64,000 nt of DNA from the human T2T-CHM13v2.0 reference genome, Homo sapiens, in assembly GCF_009914755.1 (NCBI RefSeq), contig NC_060937.1; one strand, 5' to 3'. This document shows, piece after piece, positions 17,021-30,269 of the stretch. Position 1 is the first letter of the stretch, and each line of letters begins with the position of its first letter. Under the pieces are notes generated by a model. That model had not been told where the DNA came from. It did no database searches and saw only the letters and a list, made by a program, of their open reading frames with translations. A program made the position numbers and the translations under genes.

Positions 17021-17629
17021 GGTAGCCACAATCATAAGGGCTAGTCTTTGGAAAAAAGATATCTACTTGCATTGATTTAAGAATATTGGTGTTAAACAGA
17101 GCGTCTCCAAGTAAAGATGAAGCCCACCATGGGAATTTTTTCATCTTTGGAGAAATGCCACCTAGCTATTTTCTCAGAAATTCAGAGAAAGAAAAGATGA
17201 TGTAGAGGAATAGGATCACCTTTTAAAGTCAGAAAATGAATGCTTCACAAAAAAAGAAAGCAAGAAATAAAATGAATGTTTGAGATATATGTAAGACCTG
17301 CTTAGATAACTTGGACAGGTCTGAAGAGGAGAACATTAGTGGAGGTTATTGTGAAGTAAGAGCCAAAGTGTCAAAAACCCAAACAAGTATATTGTGAATA
17401 ATCATAAGTGAATCTTTTCTCTCAGAAGGTAGGGCCAGTATGTTTTTCAGAATGAAGTTCAGTGCTTCCTGGAGGCATAAAATATTACCTGAAGTTACAT
17501 ATCTAAGAATAGACCAGAAAGCAATTTTTTTCTGTGATAATTACAGCAATTGAAGCAATACTAATATATTTTGTTCCAGAAGTCAAAGTAACTTTCTTAG
17601 CAATCAGAAAAATCCAGAAAACAATGTTT

Positions 17630-17652
<23 letters not shown>

Positions 17653-17661
<9 letters not shown>

Positions 17662-17944
17662 TTTTGAGACGGAGTCTCGCTCTGTCCCCCAGGCTGGAGT
17701 GCAGTGGCACAATCTCAGCTCACTGCAAGCTCCACCTCCCAGGTTCACGCCATTTCCTGCCTCAGCCTCCTGAGTAGCTGGGACTATAGGCGCCTGCCAC
17801 CATGCCCGGCTAATATTTTTTATTTTTAGTAGAGACGGGGTTTCACCGTGTTAGCTAGGATGGTCTCGATCTCCTGACCTCGTGATCTGCCTGCCTTGGC
17901 CTCCCAAAGTGCTGGGATTACAGGCGTGAGCCACCGTGCCCGAC
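17653..17944 (-). mobile_element. AluY
   Basis: 'gcaagctccacctcccaggttcacgccatt', 'ggatggtctcgatctcctgacctcgtgatc'; (TA)n next to the tail; TSD-like tgtttt(t)atatat. Confidence 0.96.
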
Positions 17945-18604
17945 TGTTTTATATATTTCTAAAGATATAGCTCACTAAATAATTTCTAGTCATCTGTGGA
18001 TTACCTAAAGAGAAGACAGGAATTTCTTTGTGAGCATTCAGCAGGGCATCTCTAGATGGCAGGTATGGTGACAGGTATACAAATTTGCACATCAAATTAT
18101 TTAGAAAGCTAAATATGCTAGTCAAAAAATAATAATAATAAATAAAACTCAGGAGTTTGGGGTAAACTGCCAGTACTGAAGCCTTTTCTTAGATAGCTAA
18201 TCCATTTCAGGTACCAGATTAGAAAAGGCATTCTCTCTCCAGTTACTAAAGGAAGGGCAAAAATCTAGTAGTCCAAAGAAATGTAGCAGGACAGGCTATA
18301 CTAAAATAAAAGTAATAAAAATAAATGATCTGATCATCATAATTGAGAGACTAATTCAAGCTTAAGGGCCATGCCCACCTAACTGGGCCCTTTGGACTTT
18401 CATGTATCTCAAATAAACATAGTTGTTAGGAACCTGAAACTGATGTAACACACTTTTTTGAATTGACAATGTGTCCACCTTGTTCTAGTGAACAAGATGG
18501 AAGACTATTGAACAATGGAATATAACAGTTATCAGGAAAAATTGAGGACTTAGGTGCAAACATTTTGAAACAAAACAAAACAAAAACAAACAGGAAAACC
18601 TTCG

Positions 18605-20000
18605 ACAAGAACCAAAATCACATGGTACAGTACAAAAACAGGCACATAGACCAATGGAACAGAATAGAGAGCCCAGAAATAAGGCCACACTCCTAAAACC
18701 ATCTGATCTTTGACAAAGCTGACAATAGCAAGCAATGGGAAAAGACTCCCCATTCAATAAATCGTGCTGGGATAACTGTCTAGCCATACACAGAAGACTG
18801 AAGCTGGACCCCTTCCTTATACAGACCCAGAAATCAACTCAAGATGGATTAAAGACTTAAATGTAAACCCCCAAACTATAAAAACCTTGGAAGACAACCT
18901 AGGCAATACCATCTTGGACATAGAAACAGGAAAAGATTTCATGACAAAGACACCAAAAGTAATCACAACAAAGCAAACAATTGACAAGTGTGATCTAATT
19001 AAACTTAAGAGCTTCTGCACAGCAAAAGAAACTATCAACAGAGTGAATAGACAGTATACAGAATGGGAGAAAATATTTGCAAACTATGCATCTGACAAAG
19101 GCCTACCATCCAGCATCTACAAGGAACTTACTTAAACAAATTTACAAGAGAAAAACAAATAACTCCATTAAAAAGTGGGCAAAGGACATGAATAGACACT
19201 TCTCAAGACATACATGTGGCCAATGATCATATGAAAAAAAAAAGCTCAATGTCACTGATCATTAGAAAAATACAAATTAAAATCACAATGAGATACCATT
19301 TCACACCAGTCAAAATGGCTATTATTAAAAAGTCAAAATATAACAGATGCTGGCGAGGTTGCAGAGAAAAGGGAATTCTTATGCACTGTGGGTGGGAGTA
19401 AATTGGTTCAAACATTGAGGAAAGCAGTATGGCGATTCCTCAAAACTAGTAGCAGAACTGTCATTTGACCCAACAATGCCATTGCTGGGTCTATACCCAG
19501 AGGAATATAAATCATTCTACCATAAAGACACATGTGTGTGCATGTTCACTGCAGCACTGTTCACAATAGCAATGACATGGAATCAATCTAAATGCCCATC
19601 AATGACAGATTGGATAAAGAAAATGTGGTACATATATACCATGGAATACTATGCAGCAATAAAAAGTTATGAGATCATGGGACCATCCATGTGGGAACAT
19701 GGTTGGAGTTGGAGGCTATTATCCTTAACAAACTAACACAAGAATAGAAAACTAAATACCACATATTCTCACTTATAAATAGGAGCCAAACAATAACTTA
19801 TTAACACAAAGAAGGAAACAAGAGAGACTGGGGTCTCCTTGAACAGGGAGGGTAGGAGAAGGGAGAGAAGCAGAAAAGATAACTATTGGGTACTGTGCTT
19901 AATACCTGGGTGATGAAATAAAACGTACAACAAACCGCCATGAGAGTTATTTACGTGTGTAACAACCTTCACATGTACTCCCCCAAAAATAAAAATTTAG
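18605..20000 (+). mobile_element. 5'-truncated L1PA (L1PA11-14 age) 3' ORF2 + 3'UTR
   Basis: ORF2 C-terminal remnants '[23 protein letters not shown]', '[20 protein letters not shown]', 'WIKKMWYIYTMEYYAAIK'; 3'UTR 'gcagaaaagataactattgggtac' ending aataaaa. Confidence 0.92.
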
Positions 20001-20134
20001 AACAAAAACATCTTCTTTTAACAAAGCACATCTCCAGAAGTTGGTGTCTTAGGTTAACAAACTACAAAAACATGTTTATAGGGAGAGAGAAAACAAAATC
20101 ACATGATAAATTGGTAACAAGCGTGAATAGTTTC

Positions 20135-20720
20135 TAGGGTACCCCCCAAGCAAGATTCCTGCCAGTTGGACTTTATGGCCTTGTGTACTCTCCTCCTCTT
20201 AAGTGAGGGAGGAGCCTGTGATTTGCTTTAATCAGTATAATATTGCAAGGGATATGGAAGGTCACCTCCATAAGTAAGCTATTTTACACAATACTCTCTT
20301 GCTAGCCCACTTGCTCTAAATACTCTGTTTGCAGACGTGATGAAATAAATATTCAATTTGGGGAAGCCCACATGGCAAAGAACTGCAGGTGGCCTCAAGA
20401 AACTGCAGCACCCCCTAGGACCCTCAGAAGGCAGCCTCTCAGCCTCCAGCCAACAAAAAACTAACTGCTCTCATTCCTGTGGTTACAAGAAAATAAATTC
20501 TGCCCAACAACCTGATGGAGCATGGAAGAAGATCCTTTCTTAGTAGAACTGCCAGATGAAAACTTAGTCTTGGCTGACTCTGATTACAGCCTGAGAGTGT
20601 ATAGTAGAAACCAGCTAAGCAATAGCCAGACTCCACTGTCACAGAGACTGCAGTAAGAAATGCATGTTGCTGTAAGTTGCTAAATTTGTGGTAAGTTGCT
20701 ATACAACAATTAATAAAAAA
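20135..20720 (+). mobile_element. MLT1 (MLT1E-like) solo LTR
   Basis: 'ggggaagcccacatggcaaagaactgcaggtggcctc' and terminal 'tgttgctgtaagttgctaaatttgtggtaagttgctatacaacaat'. Confidence 0.8.
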
Positions 20721-21296
20721 TCTCTAAAATAACTACCAGAAAAACTCAATTACAATCAGAAACATTGTCCCTACCTCCCATGGTAACTTATTTGCTAATT
20801 ATCATGTAATAGAATTGTTTCCACAGGGTTAGAATGACTACTTTGAATATTCCTAAAGATTTACAGCATTAGTCAGTATTGATAATACAAGTAAGAACTG
20901 GCTCTTCTGCAGCTATTGAAGAGAAAATATACCTTGCGTTCTCAGTTTGAGTTTTATAGAAGATGGTACAATCTGATTTTTGAAGTCTTCACATGGCAGC
21001 CAGTGGTAAAGAGATAGAAACTTTTATTTTCCTTTCTGTCTGAAAAGGCTCACTTCCAGGAATTCATTTGAGTGGTTGTCAGCTGGGTTAGTCTATCCTG
21101 TCCACAACCCATTTCTTGGAAGACATTATCTAACAGAGAAGAGATTTCCAAGTTCTTTCTGATAAAATCTCAAAGTTTGGAGTTAATAGTTGCCATTTAC
21201 TATAGCAGTGAACTGTCTGACGTATACAGAGACTGTCTTCTCAAACTGCATTTTATCTAGCCTTATGGGAAATGTTTTCTATTTAGCTCTAAAATA

Positions 21297-21625
21297 TAGT
21301 CATGCATTGTTTAACTATGGGAATATGTTCTGATATATGCTTCGTTAGGTGATTTCGTCATCGTGTGAACATAATAGCGTGTACTTAACAAACCTAGATG
21401 GTGTAGCCTACAACACTCCTAGGCTATATAATATAACCTATTGCTCCTGGCTATAAACCTGTACATGTTACTGTATTGAATGCTGTAGGTAAGTCTAACA
21501 CAGTGGTATTTGTGTATCTAAACATAGAGAAGATACAGTAAAAATACGATATTATAATCTTATAAGACCATTATTGTATATGCAGTCCATCATTGACCAA
21601 AATGTCGCTAAGTGGCTCATGACCA
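21297..21625. mobile_element. Tigger3a/MER7A-type TcMar MITE
   Basis: Degenerate TIRs (tagtcatgcattgtttaac / gtcgctaagtggctcatgacca) flanked by TA; internal 'aaacctagatggtgtagcctac'. Confidence 0.88.
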
Positions 21626-22619
21626 TAATTCTATGTTATTTGCAATGGAAAGTTTTCCAAACTCTGTTAATTATTTTATCAATTCCCTCAAAAACTGGAT
21701 CAAATGCCATTAGAAACTAATGATTTGTCATAAATTACCTTGCCTTCCTAACCCAAACCTTTTCAGTTTCCTATACTGCAGAGTATTGTTTTAAAAATGG
21801 ACTGTGCTTTGTATGCTTTATTCACAATAGCAATTCCAGGTGCATATGAAGATAAAGGTGACTAATTAGGTTGCTGCTTATTCTCAAGGAAGTAATTAGA
21901 CATCATTAGGGTATTATTTTTTAAATTAGGGTTTGCTTTCATGTGGAATTTAGATAGGACTCTGTCTTTGTAGAAACATTCTTGAAACTCATTCATTTGT
22001 TCAAAAAGAAAAATTAAATGTCATTATTAAGATCTACCTTTCTGAAAACATAGCCAACAGCAATTTGGTCTAAAATTTGTCAGCTTTGCACAAAAAAGGC
22101 AATTTGAACATTAGCAATCAGTCTTTCAAGGAGATTGCTATCTGCATACAAAGTTGTGGATTTACAAAGTCATGAAATCATCATCCTCATAATGAGTATG
22201 AACAACAAATTCCTGTCTTTTGTAAGTTGCTGGAGACATAAAAGGCTTTAAGGTGCACACCATAACCTCAAGGAGGATGTCTAAGGTTTTCTTTCTTGGA
22301 TAGTTTCAGATAACATTTAAGACTTTGTTTTATGAAGAACATCTTACCACACTGCCCCACATACTTGTGTATAAATAGAAAAAAATTCTTATCAAGAGCT
22401 TAAATATGTGGTCACTTATAAAACATGTGTGAGGCACACATTGTAGGTCCTTAAATTCTTTTCCAAAATAACACTCCTCACTTACCAAAGTGCCTGATAC
22501 TTCAACACTGAAGGTTTTCAATCTTCTGAAATCCTGATAAATGCATTTATACTTGAGACAATTTCTTTTTTTAAAAAACTTATCAACTTGTCCCTTTAAA
22601 TGTATTACTCTTAAAATAC

Positions 22620-22760
22620 TAATTTCTTCATCTGTATAATAATGATATTATCTTGCCTAATTCTTAGACTTTTTGTAAGGATTAAATTAGCCTGTGTATA
22701 GCACTCAGAATAGTGTCTGGCAAATAATAAGTTCCCAATAAGTGTAAAATATTATTATTT
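22620..22760 (+). mobile_element. MIR 3' part
   Basis: 'tttcttcatctgtataataatg...aggattaaattag...tctggcaaataataagttcccaataagtgt...tattattatt'. Confidence 0.75.
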
Positions 22761-23213
22761 TAGCTTTACTGTTGCTATTATGATCACTAGCTGCTATGGG
22801 ATGAATGTGTCTTCTTCAAAATTCAGGCATTGAAACTTAATGGCCACCATTGTGGCCATTAAGTCCTGAGATCACAATAGTTATGTAACCAGAGAAAAAT
22901 GAATTTATCTCTTTCTTTCTTTAATATTTGAAAAATGGGGAAAGTAACAAATCTACTAGTCATACGTTGTGGGAGATTATAAAAATATAAGTGAAAATGC
23001 TTTGTAATGTAACTACAATGTACATATCACTTTCTATTCTTCTTCTTATATATGTGACAATTAGGATATTTTCTATTATTGTTTTTGTCTATGAATAGGA
23101 CATAAACAAATCTTGTATGATATATTTTTAGTATTCTCTGTACAATTGAGATGTACTTTTGCATATTTGGAATCTATTTTGTGAAATTAATCTTTTTTTT
23201 GCTTCATGGTTGA

Positions 23214-23322
23214 ACATATATATATACACACACATATATATACACACACATATATACACATATATATACACACATATACACATATATACATATATACACA
23301 CACATATATATATATATATATA
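23214..23322. repeat. Compound (TA)/(CA) microsatellite
   Basis: About 110 bp of alternating purine-pyrimidine TA/CA units at an AluY tail. Confidence 0.95.
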
Positions 23323-23324
23323 AC

Positions 23325-23630
23325 TTTTTTTTTTTTTTTTTTTTTTGGAGACGGAGTCTCGCTCTGTCCCCTCGGCTGGAGCGCAGTGGCGCGATCTCGG
23401 CTCACTGCAAGCTCCGCCTCCCGAGTTGACGCCATTCTCCTGCCTCAGCCTCCTGGGTAGCTGGGACTACAGGCGCCCGCCACCATGCCCGGCTAATTTT
23501 TTGTATTTTTTTAGTAAAGACGGGGTTTCACCATGTTAGCCAGGATGGTCTCGATCTCCTGACCTCATGATCCGCCCGCCTCGGCCTCCCAAAGTGCTGG
23601 GATTACAGGCATGAGCCACCGCGCCCTGCC
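23325..23630 (-). mobile_element. Young AluY
   Basis: Most CpGs intact, AluY diagnostics, 22-T tail, inserted in a (TA)n tract present on both sides. Confidence 0.97.
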
Positions 23631-23712
23631 TATATATATATTTCTTAAAGTCAATCTTGCTTTTGCATGTGAAGTTAATTTGCCACCACAGTTTCTCTAC
23701 TTCTACAGTTAA

Positions 23713-24350
<638 letters not shown>

Positions 24351-27300
24351 AGAAATTTCTTTACATTTCTTCTGGATCCGCTGATAAGCTGATTTCCAAG
24401 TGAGTTTTGTCGTCTCATGCTTACATTATAATTATTTAAGTTATATATTAGCAAGTTTCACACCTGAAAGGTTTAGAATAACTTGTCTTGTTTTCAATAC
24501 TGAATGCAGTTTATTAGTAGAAAAGACCACAGACTTTGAGTCGTAAGATCAGGTGACAGTAGTAACTGAGTTCTTACATGCTAGCCAGTAAAAACCAAAC
24601 AACAATAAAAGAAAACCTCTCTAAGCCTCTTCTCTTTATGTGTAAGGTCATAAATGTGTCACACAATTTATTTTAACTTTGTCAGTGTCTTCCCTATTTC
24701 AATGTATTATAATCTCATGTCTATCACCATCAATGATTATACCCAATGCATATTTTTATTTCTCAGGATCTAGGACTTACACATTGCACTTTCAACCTCT
24801 CACCACTATCTCTTCTTCAAAATCCTCTCTGATAGTACCATCTTGTATGTTTATTCACTGTGGTTTTTTCTCTTTTTTTTTTAGCTTTTCATTTCAAATT
24901 TTGTGGATACATAGTAAGTGTATATATTTATGGAGTTTCTATAGCTTTACTGAGTATACCTCAGAAAAGTCTCTTGAAAATTGTACCTTCTTTCTTGACC
25001 TATAGTCATAGCTATAGTCTTTATTGTATCAGAAAAAGGTTATTGCAATAGTCTCAATAATCTTTTAGTGCCTAGTCGTTACTCCTTTCACTAGAAGAAA
25101 TGTTTGATATATTATTCTGAAAAGCAAAGATAATCCCTTTTCCTCCCTATTTAACTGCTCTTGTCATTTTAAATAGGAAGTTGATTATCTTCATTTGGGA
25201 GTAAACTGCTAGCCCCTTGTTTTGGAGTGTTAGGTACTTGAGATTTGTTGTTCCTAAAAAGTTACAAAAAAATAAAATTTCACTGGTAAGGAGATAATAA
25301 CATATATTACATTTACATTTTAAAACATGAAATGCATAATTTTTACAAGCTAATTTAGATTCTAGGACTCAGATGGCCTGCCTGTGCAGCTTGTATTATG
25401 ATAAAGCATGTTTGTAGAATAAGAGGGGGAAAGGGAAAAGAAGGGAAGGGGGTAAGCAGGAGGGGTGGGGCAAGGGAAGGGAGACAGGAAAGAAGGAAGA
25501 CAAAAATGTAAAAATCGTTCTATTGGTCTAATGCCAAGTAAGTCCCTGATCTTCTCTTTATTACAGTGAATGAGAAAATCTGACTCATTCCTTGAGGTTA
25601 ACAGCATACTGAGGCATTGTTGTTAAATAACATTTATTGAATATCACGGAGGAACAAAATTCAATAATACTTACATTTTGAAACCACATATGTGATTTTC
25701 AAGTTATATAATAAAGAACAAAGAGCTGGCTAACAGTTATATTATTAATACATATATTAAGAAAGATAAGTAAACATGTGTTAGAAAAAGCAGACAATAA
25801 CTTGACACACTGTATCAAGATGGGTTAATTAGTAAAACATTTTGAAAGGAAGATTAATTGTCACTATTATACCAAAAACACAATATCCTTTGATATCCTG
25901 AAATGTGAAAAATGGTGTAGTGTGCTACTTGGATAAGGTCTATTCTGAAAAAAAATTAAATCAGATTTGCTGAGTTTTCAGAAGCAAGATTTTTCCTTGA
26001 AGGGTAAATGAAAACAGCTTCCTAACTTAAGATCTTAGATACCATTAGTCCCAATGAAGTTGGTGATTTCTTCTGGGAGGGTTTAATCAGTTTGTTGTGA
26101 CATGGTACCAGCAACTCAATTCTATAAAACAATTGTGATTGATTACTGCTTTTCCATGAATTGGCCAGAAGGGAGCCTGAGAAAATCACTTCCACAGGCT
26201 GCCTTGTAAAGTGCAACTTCTGAAAATGATGGTGTTCTCAATTTGAACTATATTTTTTGTCTCATAACCATTCATAAAAATATCTTTCATTAGCCATTTT
26301 CTTTATTTTCTAAAGAGAAAATATCATTGATGGTTACAGTGCTAGAAGTTGCAGCAATTAACTAACTGCAATGACAGGTGGTGAGGTTAAGCCTTTTTGT
26401 CAAACACTGAGCTAGTTATATATTGACATCTTCTGACCGGAACACAGCGGGTACGCTCAGAAGGCCACTTCCATGTCTATTAAAGTGCCATGGTCATCCG
26501 GAGGTTTTCTAAGCCAACAATCAGTGCCCAAACTGAGACTAGGACTGGCTATTTATAAGTGAGATGTGAAGGTATTCTGAATAAAATGTGTCTCTTCCTG
26601 TTTTATTTTGCTCTTACTACCGTTATCACTTTTATATACAAGGCATAAGATATCTTGCTTTTGCTGCTTCCTACATCATTATACATAGAAGTATACACTT
26701 TCAGGGATGTTTTTAAACAAGGTAGTGAACGAGAGTGGGTATTCATTTTTACTTAGGAGGAAAAGCATGAATTTATTACCTCTTAGAAAAAGCTGAATTA
26801 GGCACGGCACTTACAGCTCTTGTCTAGACGGAGACATCTTATCCCACATATCCACTAGGATTGAACAGTTATGTGGGATCATTTTGAATAGGGAGGCAAT
26901 ATATACAATCTTGAGAGAGCTGCTTTGCTAGAGAAGCAGCTTTACCTATCCTTTCCACATACCGTGTTGTTTAAAAATTACATATTGTATATATTGTGTT
27001 TGCCCAGTTATGAACATTCATTCCAAGTCCTCAGAATAATCTTAATCATTTTATTTTCTGTAAAACTAGGTAAGGTGGAAAATTTATCTATCATTACCTA
27101 CAAAAGGAAATTACAGAACTTCAATGTAAAAAAAGTTCTCTATGTTAAGGTATGATCCAATTAACTTTGAAAAAGTGACTTTAAAATATTTGGCTAGATC
27201 AGCTTTAGGCTCAAATGAGGTAGGCGAATACTTCTGTGGTTTAAGTTAGTGTAACTGAAATAGTCATTTGCCCCAATGTCTTCTTTTTTTCTCTATTTTC

Positions 27301-27429
27301 CTTGTCTGGTGCCTTCCATTAAATGATAAATTTCACAGAAAAAAAAACATAAAAAATTAAAACCTATATAAATCATTAACACTTTATATTAGTTTATTAA
27401 GCTAGCTCCATTATTTCTAAGATCACTAG

Positions 27430-27730
27430 TGATTTTATAGAGGAGTTGGAGAAAAGGCCAGAGGTGGATTAAGAAAATGTCTGGAGCCCAAGTAGAGAGC
27501 CAGTGGGAACAATCTGGAGAACTAGTGCAAGGAACAACTGGGAGCCTGATAGAAAGCACCAGAAAACACAAGGCTAGGCACATGCACAAATTTGAAAGGG
27601 TGGATTCTAGATACATTTTGCCTTTAAAGCTCTCATGAGCCATATTTTCTGGATTCACTGATTTTTGAGAGAGAGTAATCAAGCAAAGGAATGTGAGGAT
27701 GACTTGATCATTTATGCTTTGCAGTATCTT
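27430..27730 (-). mobile_element. L2 fragment
   Basis: 'gtggattctagatacattttg...gagagagtaatcaag...gaggatgac' resembles antisense L2. Confidence 0.5.
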
Positions 27731-29059
27731 TTTTCTTATTAAATCCACTGAAGTTAATATGTGAAGAAGATAGTACTACCTAAAATATAATAATTAAGCT
27801 GTCGCAGCTCTTCCATTGTGAAGTACATTTGACAATTAATGTCATGGATTAGATTAATTATAGACCATTTAAATGATACTGTTTTGAACTTAAGCAAAAA
27901 CATTTGTTATACTTCAGAGCCCTTTAGTAGGGTTTTTGAATACCTCATTATAATTTTTTCACTGGATTCTTTCAACAACAAAATATTCGAAAAATCTTTA
28001 ACTTTGTTGACTATCAATGTTTACTTCGTTGACTGTCATTGTTTTCCAATCCATTTGATAAACATTAAAAACATAACAAATAATATTATATTTAAAATTT
28101 GAATCACTAATTAATTAATTTATCTTATAAAACTCAAAGAAAATCCAAGTGTATCTCTTCCTAATAGATATGCCCATTGTAACATCTTGCAACATCGGTG
28201 CAGTTTATGAATGTTTCCAAAACAAAGATTCTCAAGAGGCATAGTAGAATGTTTGCACTGGGGTTTATTTGAGAGAAACACCTGAAATTGCCTTCCAAAT
28301 AACTTTATAACAAAATGTAATGTTTGTTTCAAAACTTTAACCTTGTATAAAAGTCTAAAGAAGTCTAGTAAGTTATAAGTCCTTGTAAGATCCAAAATGC
28401 TAAGAATGTATTGAGTGATAGCTTCAAGTTAAGCAGAATATGTTTCCTATTTTAATTGAAAATCTTGTTTACCTATCTTTAATTTGCTTATTTTTAGTGG
28501 AACTTAAAGTTTGAATTCCAGAGCCTGAATTAATGTTGGTTTCCGTAGTCCTTTAGAAACAGTTACTAAATATATGACAAGTCATTTAAAATATAAGCTA
28601 ATGTGTCTTTGGCATTTCTCAGAACATTTTAATTACATTTCATTAATTCAGAATAACCACACATTTGAATTTGCCTAAATATGAAAAGGATGAAACCTTA
28701 GGTGGTTTTATGGATCATTAAATTCAACATGAAATTATATAGCTGTAGCTCACTAGTTCTTTAAATTTTTACTATTAATATACGCATAGATGCTAGGATG
28801 CTTAGAGAAATAGCATTGCTAGATCATGTATTAAAAGCAAACTACATTTGTATCAAAGAAAATATAAATCTAAAACATGACTACTGTTATATACCCAGAT
28901 CATTTTTAATGATTCATCATTGGGAACAATAATCTTTAAAGTATTACATATTAAAGAAGATATCTTTGATTACATTTGATGCAATAATTATAAAATCACG
29001 AAATGTAAAACTTCTGTTACTTTGGGACCTGTCCGTCTAATTTCAAAGTGGGCAAAATA

Positions 29060-29327
29060 TTTGACCCATCTTCATTCCTCCTGCTAGGAGTCAGATATGA
29101 TGGCTGGAGCTCTAGCAGTATTTTGGACCATGTGCTGATCTCAGGTGAAGATGGATGTGAGAATGATACAACAGAGGGGGCTTAGGACACTGATGCTATG
29201 AAGCCATCAGACCAGCCCTCAATTGTCTTCCTTCAGGGTCTTTTATTTGTGAGAAAATTAAATTTTTATGTTACTGAAGCCACAATTACTGTCCTATGTG
29301 TAACTAAACTTACTTTTACATGATTCA
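29060..29327 (+). mobile_element. Old MLT1 (J/K/L-type) LTR fragment
   Basis: 'atgatggctggagctctagcagtattttggaccatg', 'ttttatttgtgagaaaattaaatttttatgttactgaagccac'. Confidence 0.7.
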
Positions 29328-30269
29328 AACATTTCACATTATTTGGCCTTGATTTATACGTGTTATTTCTGGTTGACAATTCCACCTAACATATGAAAAA
29401 GCCTTGATTTTAATTGTCATATGTTATTCATCTTGATTGTACTGACAGCAACATTTCCATGACTTTTTCACTTTTGACAGCCAAACCAATCACTCTTTTT
29501 GTTCCCATTATTTGTTTACTAAATAATGGAAGAGAAATGCTACTAAGACCCAGAATAGGGTCAGGGTGAGAATGGAGAGTATGGGAACAAAGGGATGGAT
29601 AGTGACTATTCTGAGAGTGAGCAATAATTCAGCAGAAAAATACATCTGGTAGAATTGTTGTGGGTGAGGAAACATATGTCACCTCTCAAGCAGAATGCTA
29701 ACTTGTGGGTTCCTTTCTCGGCATTGCCTAAAGTCCGTCTGCTGAACCAAGGATGACAGTAAGACAGCAATGGAAGAGAAGGCATTTCCAAAGCCCTGAA
29801 GCATCAGATTGGCATCTGTGTTACTAGTTCTACCGTATAATATATATTTGAGTTAAAAGTTACCATATCTTTATTTTAATTTATATGTCTTCGGACACTT
29901 ACTTTTGTGTTTGCTTTTTGCAAGCATATAAAGTAGAAAACTAATTCTCATTAATTACAGTGTGGGAAAGAGGTAATGCATTGAGACTGGTGCCCAGGAC
30001 AGAGGTAAGTGTAAGGAGCCCTTCATGGCTCCTAAATTACAGATTATATATTTAATTTACTAAACACTAGAACAGTTTTAGCAGGAATGATAATTTTTTT
30101 TAGTTTGTTATCTTGGGAGAAAGTCTCCATCACTATATTTTGTAAGTTAAAAGCTTGTCAAGGATATTCTGTTACAAGGACTCATTTTTATAAGCATTAC
30201 CCTTAACATAAAGGATGCATAGGGGATTTGGGTGGATAGAAACAATTTTGGCCTTCCCAGAGATTTTAC

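Noticed and set aside
17105-17155. Imperfect hairpin (aaagatgaa / ttcatcttt)
   Set aside because: Short AT-rich stem within chance expectation, with no other support.
23187-23460. ORFs with YI/HT/CV repeats
   Set aside because: Translations of the TA/CA microsatellite plus Alu.
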